Part shown: positions 50,391-64,000 of the stretch, piece by piece
Layout of the letters: each line of letters starts with the position of its first letter
Numbering within the stretch: position 1 is the first letter of the stretch
Origin: Callorhinchus milii
Taxonomy: Eukaryota
Assembly (NCBI RefSeq): GCF_018977255.1
Contig: NW_024704742.1
Span: 131,566,001 to 131,630,000, forward strand
Length of the DNA: 64,000 nucleotides
Reading direction: 5' to 3'
Notes under the pieces: generated by a model
Told to the model about the DNA's origin: nothing
Databases searched by the model: none
Seen by the model: the letters and a program-made list of their open reading frames with translations, nothing else
Program-made: the position numbers and the translations under genes

Positions 50391-52443
50391 CTCCCCACTC
50401 CATTCAGCTAACTCAAACCTGTTGCACGTTCCCCTGCCCCTCATTGGTCAAGACTTCAGACACTATAGCTCTAACCTCAGCAACTCCCAATCTCTAACCC
50501 TCTGTCTCACCTCCTTTTTCTGTCATTGGCAGCATCTCAAATTTTGAATCAATGTTGGTGCTTTGACTTATGTCCACTCCCATCAACATCCCAGGAATAG
50601 TCCAGTGAAGCTTCTAGCTTTCTTCTTGTGTCCTTCATTCAGCAGACACCTCCTCAGTCAGATGTGCCAGACAATGAATTGGTCCATCGAGGAGAAGGAA
50701 GAGAGGACAGAGTTGCTGACTCTTAGAACGTCATTGGATTTAACATACATAATAATAACATTATTACACTGAACTCAATGTCAGAGTAACTATAAAGAGC
50801 CCAGTGACACCTCACCCCAACAACTGAGTAATAGCAGCAGCTGAACACACAACGTCCATAGAGCACTAAGAACATATGAATTTGCTAGATGAAAGAAGAC
50901 CAAGGTCCATCTAGTTGGGTTTCCACCATCCTGTAATTCGCTTGCAGATGTCATGTCCCAAACTATATACTACATAAGTCTCTTCCACTCAGGTCACAGG
51001 GTTACCAGGGAAGTCACTCATTAACATTCTGTGAATGCATCAAGCTCAGTGACCAGTTTTCCACTCACTCCATCAATCCACATTCATCCATCTGCTCCAC
51101 TCTATATTAGACTGCACATCATAATACATACCTTACACAACTCCAACTGAGCTACATAGGGTGTATAACACTGATGTCCTTGCTCTCTTCCATCTAAGGC
51201 ACATAATTACTTCAGGGCAGACAGTCCACCTATGATATCCCGTTGATAGATGCTATAGATTTCCCCAGTGAAGCATGCAACTTCATCCAGGCGCGTCCAT
51301 AAACTTTGCAACTTTGAACCAAACATTATTTTTGGTGTATTGCTTGTCTATCTGGAATAGACTCCCCTCTTACTGATTTTTATTTTCATAGGGATTTTTT
51401 CTTCTTGTTGGCTTAACAAGCAGCCAACATTTAGTTTCAGCCAGATTGAATTTTACATAAACCAGAATTCTTCATTTGTAACAGAAACCGATATTTATGG
51501 AGATACATTGAGTTACAAAGAATGATATGGCATGGAAATAGGCCATCTTACCCAACTAGCTTGTGCTGGTATTGATACTCCACATGAGCCCTCTGCCAAG
51601 CTTTTATTTATAATTTATAATTTATAATTTAACTTTCATGTTCCTTATATTTATGACTATCCACAATATCTGAGGCACAAATCTTTGCAGTCTTAGGCTT
51701 AAGACTAAAAGTTGTTTGTGGAGCCCCATAGTGCAGTGGTTAACATGCTTCTCTCGCAAGTGAGAGAACCTGGGTTGATTCCCGTGTAGGGGGAAACCTT
51801 AGGCAGGTTGCCTTACTTCAAACACCTCTAGAGTAAATCTTGTGAAGCACTTTGAGATGTTTGTCTGACATGAAAGGTGCCGTAACCAAAGCATGTATTA
51901 TTATTCCTATAAGAATAATTTTTGTATTTGATATAGTGCTTTTCAGGAGGACCTTTCAAAGCGTTTCACAGGATTTATTGTAAACTGGAATTACTGTGTA
52001 TTTCGTAGGCAAATGTGGCAGTCAATTTTGCTTCATGTCCGACATGAAGTGAATAATCAAATATATCTGAAGGATTCTGGCCAGGACAATTGGGAAACTC
52101 GCTTTCTCTTTTCAAATGGTGTCATGAGATCTTTAATGTCACTTGAACAACAGGTTTGATATCTCAATCAAAAAACAGTACCCCTGGCAATGCTTCCTCA
52201 GTACTGTACTGGAGAGTCAGCCTTGACTATGAGTTCAAAGTTCCGACGTGGGGCTTCAAACTACAACCTTCTGACTCAGAGGCGAAGATGCTACCTATAG
52301 GCTAGTAGGACATCTAGTCTGAATTCTCAGAAAGCCATGGAGGATGTGAGGAGCTCTGTACAGTTATTGCACAACCCTGATATTCCAGAAACATTGAAAT
52401 CCCGAAATATATGAGTATGAGCAAAGCAGGGTAAATAATTCCA

Positions 52444-53046
52444 ATAACAAAGCACAATATTTTGGGTTAAGCATCCCTAGACTGAAGGGACAGAGGGGCG
52501 ACATCTGCAGGAATGCATAACACACTCTTTGTGTTAATTAAGACAAGAAATAATAACAATAATAATAATTGTTGCATTTGATATAGCACATTATCAATAC
52601 AGTTGGTTGTTTCGCTCCTTTCACTGTTGATAGATCACTCACAATATAATCTGATGCACTTTTTAATAATAATCCTTACATTGATGCGATAAGGCGCCTT
52701 ATCACATCTTCGAGACGTCTCAAAGTGCTTCACAAGATATACTTTAAAGTGTTTTTTGTGGGTGAAACACGACAGTCAATTACGCACATTAGTATCTGAC
52801 AAACAGTTATGAATTGAGTGACCAAACTATTTTTTTTAAGGGATTATTATCTCCGGATTAGCAATTCGTCAATCAACTATCAACCGGCTTCCTATTTACT
52901 GCTAGGTAAACAGAGGCAATATAACAAAGCCAATAAGAATTCTGATAACAAATCACAGTATTTTGTGTTAAACAGCCCTAGACCAAAAGGACAGAGGGGT
53001 GACATCTGCAGCAATGCAAAACACACTCCTTGTGCTAATTAAGACA
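52444..53046 (+). repeat. ~102-bp diverged direct repeats (52444-52545, 52945-53046) flanking 5'-truncated SINE sequence (minus strand)
   Basis: About 13 mismatches in 102 bp, ungapped, by manual alignment. Confidence 0.9.
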
Positions 53047-53559
53047 GAAATGTATTATAGAATGTTTCAAATGTTATAAATCTTACATTTAGTTCTAAGA
53101 TATACCTAAAAAATGGTCCTCTTTATGGTGTGACAATACAGTAACTAAGGCACTCAGTAACCTGAAATGCACATGTATGTAGATTTTTTTCCTCACAAGT
53201 AATTAATATTAAAGATGTTAAGTTCAGTTATAAATGCCTATTTTTCCCAGTATTCATTAATTCTCTTCAGAGTCTAATTAAAAGGCAACCAGACCCATAA
53301 ACAACTGATTGTGCAATTTTTTCCCCCTCCCAATGTAATAATTTAATATGAACAATTTAATTGGGGATTTAGGCAAGCACTGGCTGGAATGAGAATAGCA
53401 TCTTAGTAGCGAAACATAAGCATTTTTTGTCTGTTGGGACTGAAAGTTCATCAGATGATCATAGCTTAACAGAGCAGAAATGACTAACCAACAGATCAGG
53501 GTTTAACTATATCGTATTGGTCACTACAAATTGAGTTGTAAGTTTAATATCACTGTGTC

Positions 53560-53997
53560 TATCAGCCTGGCTCAATTGGTAGCTCTCTTACCACTGAGTC
53601 AGAAGATTGTGGGTTCAAATCCCATGTCAAGACTTGGAACCTATATAGTATAGGCTGACACTGCAATACGGTGCCGGGGATGTGCTGCATTGTCCGAGGA
53701 GCTGTGCATTGGATGAGACATTAAACTGAGGTCCCATCTGTCTGTTCAGACAGACGTTTAACTATGGCACTGTTTGAAAAGAGAAGGGAATTTCTCTTCT
53801 TGTCTTGGCCTATAACCCCCAAATAAAATTGGTCATTCACTTTACAGCTGCTTGTGGGACAATGCTGTGCGTAAATTGGCTGACCTCTTCACTAGCAAAG
53901 TACACACAATCACTACACTTTGCAATAAATCCTGTGAAGCGTTTGAGATGTCTTCGATGACCAGATAAGGTGCCGTATCAGCACAAATGATTTTATT
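53560..53997 (+). mobile_element. Deu-domain SINE, near full length
   Basis: tRNA head, Deu core and L2-type tail. Confidence 0.85.
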
Positions 53998-54393
53998 TGT
54001 GGAATCCTGTAGCTTAATGGTTAGAGCCCTTGCCTCACAAGCGAAAGGACGTGAGTTCTATTCCCGGCAGGACTAAACATTGGGCAAGTTTCCTTTCTCC
54101 ACATGCCTCTGTTCACTTAGCAGTAAGCAGGAACCCAGTTGTTAGTTGATTGGCAGATCGCATTTCTTGGGGTAATAATCCCTTCCAAAAAATAAATTAA
54201 TAATAATAATTTGGTTACTCAATCCGCAATTGTTTGTGGGACATTGCTGTGCACAATTGGCTGCTGCGTTTCGCCCACAAAATATACAGTTAATTCACTT
54301 TACAGTATATTCTGTGATGCGCTTTGAGACGTCTCAAAAATGTGATAAGGCACTATATCAAATGAGAGGATTATTATTATGGATTATTATTAA
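53998..54393 (+). mobile_element. tRNA-Ala-derived SINE, long form, full length
   Basis: Family match including CTCTGTTCACTTAGCAGTAAGCAGGAACCC block. Confidence 0.92.
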
Positions 54394-55297
54394 AGTATGC
54401 ATCGTCTGACTAATACAAATTCTGAGTTGAGTCATGGGTGAAAGAAAGACAAAAGGATTAATCACGGCAGGAGTAAAAGTTTTATTGGAGAAAAGTATAT
54501 GAAAGTGAGAGGTTTGAAGGGGAATGAGGATAAGGCAAGGTGGTGGAATTGAATTGAACTCTTTGCTCTGTGAGACAGTGCTGTCTAGATGGGCTGAATG
54601 GCCTCATTCTGCTCTGTAGATTTGTGTTCCCATGTTTCAAAAAGCCAGTCTGTCACAAAACAGATGTGTTCATTGCAGTTCTTACAAATCACAAGCAACA
54701 GTTGGAGTCCTGCAACTTGAACAACAACAACAACATTACATTTGTATAGTGCCTTTCACATGGAGAGGAAGTCCCAAGGCGCTGGAAACCAAACAACAAC
54801 AAAAACAACTTGCATTTATATGGCGCCCCTCATGCAGGGTTGCGTCCCAGAGCATTGACAGTGGCGGAGCATGACGCCGAGTTGGCGGGAGAGGGAGATG
54901 ATCAAATAAGAAGGTCTTCAGGTGCGACCTGAAAATATGGAAGGAAGGGGCAATGCTGAGGGATAGAGAAAGAGTGCTCCAGTGTATCAGGGTCACTGAT
55001 AGCGCAACTGCCAATGGTGGAACAGAGGCCATAAAAATCAGGGAAAACAAGCCATGGGGACCTGTTGGGTGCTGAACACTAATAGCACCATCACCTTTAC
55101 ATTGTGAAGGGTTTCTCTTTCCCAGTGTCCGGGCCAACAACCCTCCAAATAAAATTGGTCACTGGCTCCTCTCTATGGCGATTTGTGGGACATTGCTTTG
55201 TGCAAATTAGCTGCTGCATTACCCTAGAAGATACATTCAGGCACTTTACAGTATATCACGTGAATCGCTTCGAGATGTCTCAATGAATTATTGTCAG

Positions 55298-55450
55298 GGG
55301 AGTCCTGTAGCTCAGTTGTTAGAGCACTCACCTTGCAAGCGAGAGACCTGGGTTCGATTCCTGGCAGGGCGAAACCTTCGGCAGGTTTCCTTACTTCACA
55401 TGCCTGATAATAGTCCCTCAAGAAAAAAAACCAAGAAGAAATAATCATTA
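55298..55450 (+). mobile_element. tRNA-Ala SINE 5' half
   Basis: Near-intact cloverleaf head, then truncated. Confidence 0.85.
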
Positions 55451-55715
55451 TTTATACAATGTCTTTCATATTGGGAGGACCTAATTTTAATTACGAACAC
55501 AAAATTAAAAGAACTCTGAATGCCAGACATATTTACATAGATCATGTACCACAGAAACAGGCCATTCAGCCCAACCAGTCCGTGTTGTTGTTTATACTCC
55601 ACAGGCGTCTTCATCCATTCCTTACCTCCTCCTATATGCTTCTATTCCCCTCTCCCTCATGTGTATATCTTGCTACCGCTTAAATATATCTATCTGCTTC
55701 AATATTGCTTTGGGC

Positions 55716-56003
55716 ATCGAGTTCCACATAATAAGAACATAATAATATTTCTTGCATTTGATATAGCACCTTACAACATTGTTCAGAAGCCTTCAAGCAT
55801 TTCACAGAATATACCGTAAAGTAAATTGACTTTATATTTTGTGGGCAAAACACGGCAGCCAATTTGAACAGTAGTGTCTCTCAAAGAGTCGTGGATTGAG
55901 TGACCAAATTAAGATAGTGACTTGCGCACAACTTCTGCATGAACAAGTTGCTCCTAAATTCCCTTTTAGATTAATTATCTTATACAAGTGGGAAGAGCCT
56001 TAA
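55716..56003 (+). repeat. Composite CR1/SINE segment repeated at 61729-62027
   Basis: Same junctions on both sides of the SINE piece (ATCGAGTTCCACAT... and ...ATACAAGT(G/A)GGAAGAGCCTTAA). Confidence 0.8.
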
Positions 56004-57521
56004 ATGTACGTATACTATCTGTTTCAACCACCACTTCGGGCAGCAGGTTCCATATTCTTATTACCCTCTAAGGTAGCATATCACATTCCCCCTGTTTACA
56101 CAGGCGACTGCGCTAGATGTTTGTTTATTAAAAAAATTTAATGAATCATAAATGGTTGATCCCGTGACTTTCAATGGATGATTTTTCACAACCTAATAAA
56201 TCTAATAAGTAGCATTTAGACCATTAACAACCTCTTCTCCCTTGAATGCGAAGAAATTCATCCTTCTACATCTCTGAAGTCTCCCCTGAGAGAGCCAGAT
56301 AAAAAGGAGACTTCATATGAACATTCTCTTTCACTCGAAATCCTCTTTAGCAGTGAGCCCAGGGCACTGTCACCTGGTTCTACAGCCTGCAGATGAAATC
56401 TGGAAGCCTGGCCACTGGCCAAGGTGGAAATGTGTAGTGTTAATTCTTGGGATTTGTCAGGGCTCTGTAATTACTTTGAATTCCAATTTAAGATCCTCAT
56501 TCTCACCTTTGAATCCCTCTACATTCTTGCTCCCAGCCTATCTGTGCAACCTCCTACATCCATACCAACCCAGTCGCGCCCTTTATCTCCGGCTAGCTTA
56601 AACATTTTAGCACAAAATCCGGGGATAATAATCCCTAAAAAAAAAACAATTTGGTCCCTCAATGTACGACTGTTTGTGGGACACTGCTGTGAGCAATTAG
56701 CTGCCATGCTTGGCTCACAAAATACACAGTAAATCCATTTTGCACTATATTCTGTGAAGCGCTTTGAGACATTTCAAAAATGTGATAAGGCCATATATTA
56801 AGGGCAAGGATTATTATTATTATTGCTTCATTACACCTGCACTACCTGCCCCACCATTGGCAGGTGAGCTTCCAGACATTCTGGAACTCCATCCCAGAGT
56901 CCTTCTGACTCACTCACTCTCTATGTTTAAAGCCCATATAAAGGCGCACCACATTGACTGCACTTTCAATCATGTGTGCCCTCCATTGTCATCAGCAGTC
57001 CCCTGGAGTACTGTTGACCTGCCTGGCTCAGGAAGAGGACTGTGGAGATCGCCACAGAGAACTGACTCTATTCCAACATTCCATGTCAAGCCAGATCAAC
57101 TCCAAGGAGATCCAACTTGCATCGCTCTCACAAGATCAATCCATTCAGGAGAAATTCCACCTGGATCCAGAATTACTCTTGGAATGTAACATTCCATAAA
57201 GGCCCAAGGTGGATTTTCCTCCCGAGGTTTTTCTTCTGTCTTCATCTAGGTGAAGTGATAATTATGAGGACTGAGGTCCTGAACTCAATGAGTGCCACAT
57301 CATGACTTGGCACTCATAGTGTAAGCTGACACTCCAATGCAGTGCTGTGGGTTTGCTGCATTGCTGGAGGTGTCGTCCTTCAGATGAGATATTAAACCGA
57401 GCCCCATCTGCCTGTTCAGATGGACATTAAAGGTCCCATGGCACTATTCAAGCTGATAAGAATGTTTCTCCTGGTGTCCTGGTCAACAATCCCCAGATAA
57501 AATTAGTAATTTACTTACTCA

Positions 57522-58117
57522 GTCAGGAAGTTATGATGAACCTTATTAAAACACTGGTTAGGCCTCAGCTAGAGTACTATGTTCAGTTCTGGGCACCCCA
57601 CTTTAGGAAAGATGTCAAGGGATTGGAGAGGGTGCAAACGAGATTTACCAGGATGGTACCAGGAATGAGGGACTTCAGTTATCAGGGGAGGCTAGAGAAG
57701 CTAGGATTATTCTCGTTGGAGTAGAGAAGTTTAAGAGGAGACTTAATGGAAGTTTTCAAAATTATGAGGGGATTCGATAGGGTGAAGAAGGAGAAACTAT
57801 TTCCTCTGGTGGGTGGGTGGATAACTCAAGGACACCGATTTAAAATAGTTGTTAAAAGAAACAGAGGGGAGGTGAAGGGAAATGTTTCCACAGCGAATTA
57901 TTCAGATCTGGACTGCATTGCCTGAAAGGGTGGTGGAAGCCGATTCGATAACAACTTTCAGAGAGAAGTAGATAATTATTTGGGGAGAACAGGTTTGCAG
58001 GGCTATGAGGAGAGAGCGGGGGATGGGATTGAATTGGATAGCTCTTTTCAAAGAGCTGACATATACACAATGGGCTGAATGGCCTCCTTCGGTGCTGTAT
58101 AATTCTCTGATTCTATG
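57522..58117 (+). mobile_element. CR1 3' fragment nested in a Deu SINE (~57322-57520 and 58120-58270)
   Basis: LVRPQLEYYVQFWAP..LERVQTRFTRMVP..LEKLGLFSLE; ATTCTATG tail. Confidence 0.92.
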
Positions 58118-58319
58118 AATCTAATGGCTATTTGTGGGACATTGCTGTGTGCAAAATTGGCAGCTTGGTTCACATTTAAAAACTACATTTTTCAATATAT
58201 TCTGTGAAGTACTTTGCAACATCTTCCTGACTTGAAAGCATTGTACCAAATATAAGAATTATTATTATTTTTCATATGTTTATATATATATTTATATTAT
58301 TTTTTATGTTTTGATATGT

Positions 58320-58677
58320 ACATTTCTGTAGCATATTGGTTAGAGGAGTCGCCTCGCAAGAGAGAAGACCAGAGTTTTATTTCCTGGGCGGGCAAGTTTC
58401 CTTACTCCACACGCTTCTATTTACCCAGTAGAAAATAATAACCTGGTTGTTATTTGATTGGCATTCGCTTTGCGGAGGTCATAATCCTTTAAAAAAATGA
58501 TAATAATTTGGTCTCTCAATCCATGACTGTTTGTGGGCCGTTGCTGTGCGCAATTGGTTGCCACGTTTCACCCACAAAACATACAGTCACTGCACTTTTC
58601 AGTATATGCTGTGAAGCGCTTTGAGACGTCCTCTCAACCTTAAAAGGGCTTAACCAATTATAAGGATGATTATTATT
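58320..58677 (+). mobile_element. tRNA-Ala-derived SINE, long form, diverged
   Basis: Family match. Confidence 0.8.
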
Positions 58678-59174
58678 TTTATATTATAGTTCTCTGGAAG
58701 GCATCCTTTTACCATTATTGCTCAAAATGAAGATCGCATCAAAAAGTTTGAGGACAGATGCTTTGATCTGCTCAAGCATTTGTTTTTTGAAGCAATACCA
58801 CTGCCTTCACATGAATTGGATAACTAGCTGTTGAAAGACGCAAGATGCATTATCTAAAATCAAAGATGGGAATGGCAAGTAATTAGTCTATTTTGTAGAG
58901 CAACGTATGAACAATTGCCAATTGCCGGTAGGCTGACATTTTGCCTCGCAAGCTTTGCTCTATTCATTTTCTGTCCATTAATTAACAAAGAAACATATGT
59001 TGATGATAGTTTAGGCTTATGCTGTGTCAGTGCTGCTTATTTGAAACATAATGTATTGATGTTTTCATTTATTGTAATACAGAGAAGTTTGTTATGAATG
59101 CGTTCTGAATCTGAAAGAGTTTCTAACTAAAAAAAATGCATTAGAGGAGCGATTCCATGCACTTTGGTCAAGAA

Positions 59175-59530
59175 CTAATAATAATAATCCTTACGTTTGA
59201 TATGGCGCCTTTCATGTTGGGAGGACGTCTCAAAGTGTTTTACAGGATTTATTGTAAAGTGTAGTGACTGTGTATTTGTAGGTAAACACAGCAGTCAATT
59301 TGTACAGAGAACGACCCACAAAAAGTTATCAAGCAAACACCAATTGTATTTTGCAGGGAGGGGGCGGAATTGTTGGCCAGGACACCAGGAGAAAATCCCT
59401 TCTCTTTAAAATAGTGCCACAGGATCTTTAATGTCTGCCTGAACAAGCAGATCAGGTCTTGGTTTAATGTCTCATTTGAAGGACGGCATCTGTCAATGCA
59501 GCTTACTCCAGCACTGTATTGGATACAGTT
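59175..59530 (-). mobile_element. Deu-domain SINE fragment
   Basis: Deu core and tail. Confidence 0.75.
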
Positions 59531-62500
59531 TAGACAATACTTCACACAAAATGCCATTGATCAGTGAAAATTCAGATTATATTGATTTCCAGACACTGCT
59601 TTTAGTTGTTGTGAGTTCAAATGATAATAATCCTTGCCTTTTATATAGCATCTTATCACATCTTCGAGACATCTCAAAGCGCTTCACAGAATATACTGTA
59701 AAGTGAATTGACAGCATATTTTACGGGCAAAAGGGTAGTATAATTTTTTTGTGGGTCAGCCAGGTGTCTGACACATGCGAAATTTGACGAGTATCCAATT
59801 GGATGAGTATCCCGTTTTCTGCTTGAGAACTTCCAAACCAAGCTGAGAATTGCATGGATCCCACCTACACATGGACATTCCAGAGATATTCCAGAGTTGG
59901 AATGGAATGGAATATGTACTGTCTTCCTGGAGGGATGCATCCTGCTTACCTAATTCTGGAAAGTATTAGTTGCAGGTTGGCAAGAGCCAAGAGTATGCTT
60001 TGGGGTACTGCTGAATTCTAACCAGCTAAAACTTTGGATTATGAGTTATCAAACCTTTCAGCAACAATAACTTCCATTTATATGGTGCCCTTCACTTCCT
60101 TAGCCTATTGGAGCTCTTAAAGTCAACAATTTAGTACTGTAACCTGTAAAACAAGAGGCATGGACTACTTCTAGACTGCAACAATTTTTTTTTGTATCAG
60201 CCAAAATAATACGATGTTGAAATGATTTTGATTTGACATTCCAAAGCTCACACTCAAAATGTTTGTAAATCCTGTCTTCTGCTCAGAAGAAAAACAAATA
60301 TTGATTCTTAAATGCACCTAATTCATCTCTTTGCCTGTAATGCCCAAAGAAAACAGAGTGGCTGACTGGAGGGGCGGTCAATATTTTTCCCATCTTCTCG
60401 AATCAACATCAGTTATTTTGTATATCTCCAGATGCTGTGAGTCACCTATCTCAACAGAAAGATGAAGCTTGTTTTTCACAGGATGATGGGTATCTAATGG
60501 CCAATCGGGTTAATTAAATAATGTGGGCGGGCAAACTGATTGACGAGAAACTTTTCGAGGGCTGCAAGAGATACGCTGGGAGCTCAGCAAAGGTCTTCGG
60601 AACCCTGACCCTGTGCATTAGCACAGTCCCCACAAGATGTTCCCACTAATCTTTTACTTCAATCAGTTGCGGAGCCAAGGAATTTGACGGCAGACAGATT
60701 TCCAATCACAAACGCGATGGCATGCACCCATCTGCTTGGAGAGCAAAAGCCGAAATAGCCAAATGAGTTATTCTATTTTCATGTCAGAGCATCAGGAATT
60801 TCAACTCGTCTTAGTCCGCAAGACGAGGCAATTGGTTAATAGGCAATTGATTAATCCAGTCCTACAACAGCAACAACTTGCATTTATACAGTACCTTTCA
60901 GGCAGGATAGCATATCAGAGTGCTTGAGTCTTACTTTGACAACAGCAGCAATAGCTTACATCACGTTTATATAGCATCCTTCATGCGGGATAGCATCTCG
61001 GAATGTTACTTCGCCCGCAAAATACACAGCCACTACACTTTGCAGCACCTGAAGCTGTCCTCCTTATGTGCTGCATGAAATGTAAGGATTGATGATAATA
61101 ATTTGAAGCTTGTGTGCTTTAGTTCTTCAAAAGAAACGGTTGTTTCCTGCTTGTTTGTCTTCATTGATGTGGGAATTAGTATCATTGGTGATACTAATTA
61201 ACACATCTCGGGTCGAAACCTTTCCCCCCCCACCCATCATATAACAGGCAATTGAAAGAAGAATCACTGTATGAGAAAATAATTTATAGGAGAAAATAAT
61301 GCAGGGTGAAATAAAAGGCACAGGAAGAACTAATGAAAAAGGAGAGTTGGAATCGTAGAAGCAAAGAAATTTACGGCACAGAAGAAGGCCCAACTTGTCT
61401 GTCTATGGCTCCCTCAAGAGCAATCCTTTAGGTGCCATTTACCTGCCGTTTCCCCATACCCCTGTAGCTAACTCTTTATGAAGTATATTGTTAGTGTTCT
61501 GGGATGCTACCCTGCTTGAAGGGCGCTATACAAATGCAACTTGTTGTTATAGTTGATCAATGAGAACTTAAAACTGATTATGGATAGTCAATCTTGTGAA
61601 TTGCTCATCAAATTTGTTTCCTTACTCTTAAGAGACTTCAATAACTTGCATATGCATGATTAGATTACTGAATTTAATCTGAATTTGGGAGACTGAAACA
61701 ATATACTGCAAAAACATGTGCCCACTGTATCGAGTTCCACATTATAATAACAATACAATAATAATCCTTGCATTTCATATGGCACCTCATTACATTGTTG
61801 AGAAGTCTCAAAGCGCTTCACAGAATACACTGTAAAGCGAATTGATTGTATATTTTGTGGGCAAAACACGGCAGCCAATTGCTCACAGCAATGTCCCATA
61901 AACAGTCATCGATTGAGTGACCAAATTAAAATAATGACATTCTCCCTACTTCTGCGTGAATACAATCCTCCTCAATTCTCTTTTAGATTCCATAATCATT
62001 ATATTATACAAGTAGGAAGAGCCTTAATTATGATAACTTTATCAAACCCTTTTATAATTTTCAACACCTCTGTTGGGTCCCCTCTTAAATTTCTTAAACC
62101 AACATGTAAAAAAAAACATGGAGTTGACATGCTGTATTAGATTTGCAGAACATGTAATATTATGCAGGAAGGAATTTCTCCTTGTGTCTTGGCCAACAGA
62201 CCGCTAAAGGATTGGTAATTCAACTTCATGGTTGTTTGTAGTACTATTGCTGAGTGCGAATTGGCTGCCATGTTCACCTCCAAAAAAAAGTCACTACACT
62301 TCATGGTAATTATTATGAATCACTTTTAACGTGACATTCTGATATGATAAAGTATGATAAAACTGCAAGTTCTTTCTCTCTATCCTTTTAGTTTAAAAAT
62401 TAATTATTTCCCATTTATTATGAAGTCCAATTCCACTGTTGTAAATTACACGTCAGATCAAATTCAAATTTAGCGTTACACTCTCTATTCTCACAACTGC

Positions 62501-63399
62501 TTAATTAAACTACAAATCCGGTACTCAGCAAGTAGTTACCAAAAGCAATAAAATTGCACATTTAAGAATAGTACTGTGTTCTGCTTAACATTTCAGGTTT
62601 TATACCTCTGAAAGTAAATGCGGTAGTTTAAGGGGGGAAATTATTCCACAAAGGAAACCATCTAATTATAAAGTTGGTCATTCACTACATGGCTGTTTGT
62701 GAGATGTTGCTTTTCGCAAATTTGCCTCCGTGTTCATCTACAGACACGGTCGATACACTTTATAGTAAATCCTGTGAAGAGCTTTGAGCCGTCCTCCCGA
62801 CATGAAAGCTGCTATATCAAATGTAAGGATTGTTATTATTATAATGAAGAGTCATTGCCAAACATTTAACCTTATCTTCCTCCTTTTGATCATCAGAAAT
62901 TCTGGGGGTTTAATTTCACGTTTCCATTGTCTTTGTTTTATTTTTTTGCTTCATTTTATTAGTAACATGAGTCAATCGTTGAGCGACCTGGTTGGAAACC
63001 AGAGGTTTTTAGCAATAACAACCTGTGGCGGTGTAAGCAATTTATGAGGCAATAAGAGAAGATCTTTTCTAATCACCTCAGACAACAGTGGAGGGTACCT
63101 TCGGGCTTTCTGTCTTGCCATTCAGAAGTAGAATGTGCCGTCTACCTATACAGAATTTAAGCAGAAGTGTAAGGAACCAATACAGATAGAACAGAACAGA
63201 TAGAAGACTCCTTGACCCATTATGTCTCTGCTGTTGCTATGTACTTTGATCAAATTCCCCTGCCCCTTCCTCCTCCCCCCTTCCCCCACACACACTTTAT
63301 TAATATTTTATAGTTTATGTGTGCATATTGCAAAGGGTACCACTTAATCCATTTGGTCCTAACTTCAAGAGCAGTCTAAACTTTACCATATGGGGCTCG

Positions 63400-63897
63400 T
63401 GTACTGTCCCGCACCAGGCTTCGGGACCACATCACACCCACCCTCGCTCGCCTCCACTGGCTCCCCATCCCCCAGAGGATTGATTTCAAGATCCTCATCC
63501 TCACCTATAAGGCCATCCACGGCCTTGCTCCCTCCTACCTCTCTGACCTACTATCCCCCTACCTACCTGCCCGTACCCTCCGTTCCTCCGGCTCCCGTCT
63601 GCTCCACATCCCCCGCCCCAATCGCCCTACCATCAGTGGTCGGGCCTTCAGCCTCTCAGCCCCCAGGCTCTGGAACTCTATCCCCCAGTGCCTTCGCCGC
63701 TTCCTCCCTCTCCTCCTTCAAGGCCGGTCTCAAAACCTTTCTCTTTGACCGAGCCTTCAGCTCCCCTCTCGACTCTTCAGCCTTCAGCTCACCCTGACCA
63801 TTTCCCCCTTGCTCGGGTCCTGACCCAACTGTGCAGTGCCTTGGGACGTCCTCCTGACGTGAAAGGCGCTTTATAAATGGAATCTTGTTGTTGTTGT
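63400..63897 (+). mobile_element. L2 LINE 3' ~500 bp, relatively young
   Basis: HITPTLARLHWLP..RIDFKILIL.YK..GLAP..SSFKAGLKTFLF; CpGs retained; tail GGGACGTCCTCCTGACGTGAAAGGCGCT..(TTG)n. Confidence 0.93.
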
Positions 63898-64000
63898 ATG
63901 GCCACATGTATTATTGAGATACTGTATATTGTTTGCAATATATCTTGAAGTAATGTTAAAGACACGTTATGACAGCTATTTTTTTTTGATGAACCTGAGA

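Noticed and set aside
55298..55372. tRNA-Ala gene (also at 19583, 34870, 43893 and others)
   Set aside because: Each runs into the SINE body, varies between copies and lacks a tRNA-type terminator, so these are SINE heads

Overview
Repeat-dense, apparently non-genic (intronic or intergenic) vertebrate DNA. The repeat complement points to a cartilaginous fish, possibly a holocephalan; this is inference from family types, not a database match. I cannot support any host protein-coding gene: every recognisable ORF is a decayed retroelement fragment. The window holds many 5'-truncated CR1 and L2 LINEs and two abundant tRNA-derived SINE families. One is a Deu-domain SINE; the other is a chimeric tRNA-Ala SINE that shares the Deu 3' part and an L2-type tail. 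There is also a Penelope-like element with a GIY-YIG remnant and a decayed minimal hammerhead ribozyme, and relics of RTE, PIF/Harbinger and hAT elements. Two small unclassified repeat families occur, one palindromic. Three local direct duplications of 100-300 bp are present, two of them flanking inserted DNA. Several repeat-free, motif-rich islands are candidate conserved enhancers. I found no intact novel gene system. The best leads are the hammerhead, the long flanking duplications, the SINE tail swap and a possible multi-stem RNA structure at about 5.9 kb. Repeat boundaries were read by eye (roughly +/-20 bp), and many further short SINE/LINE fragments are not listed.
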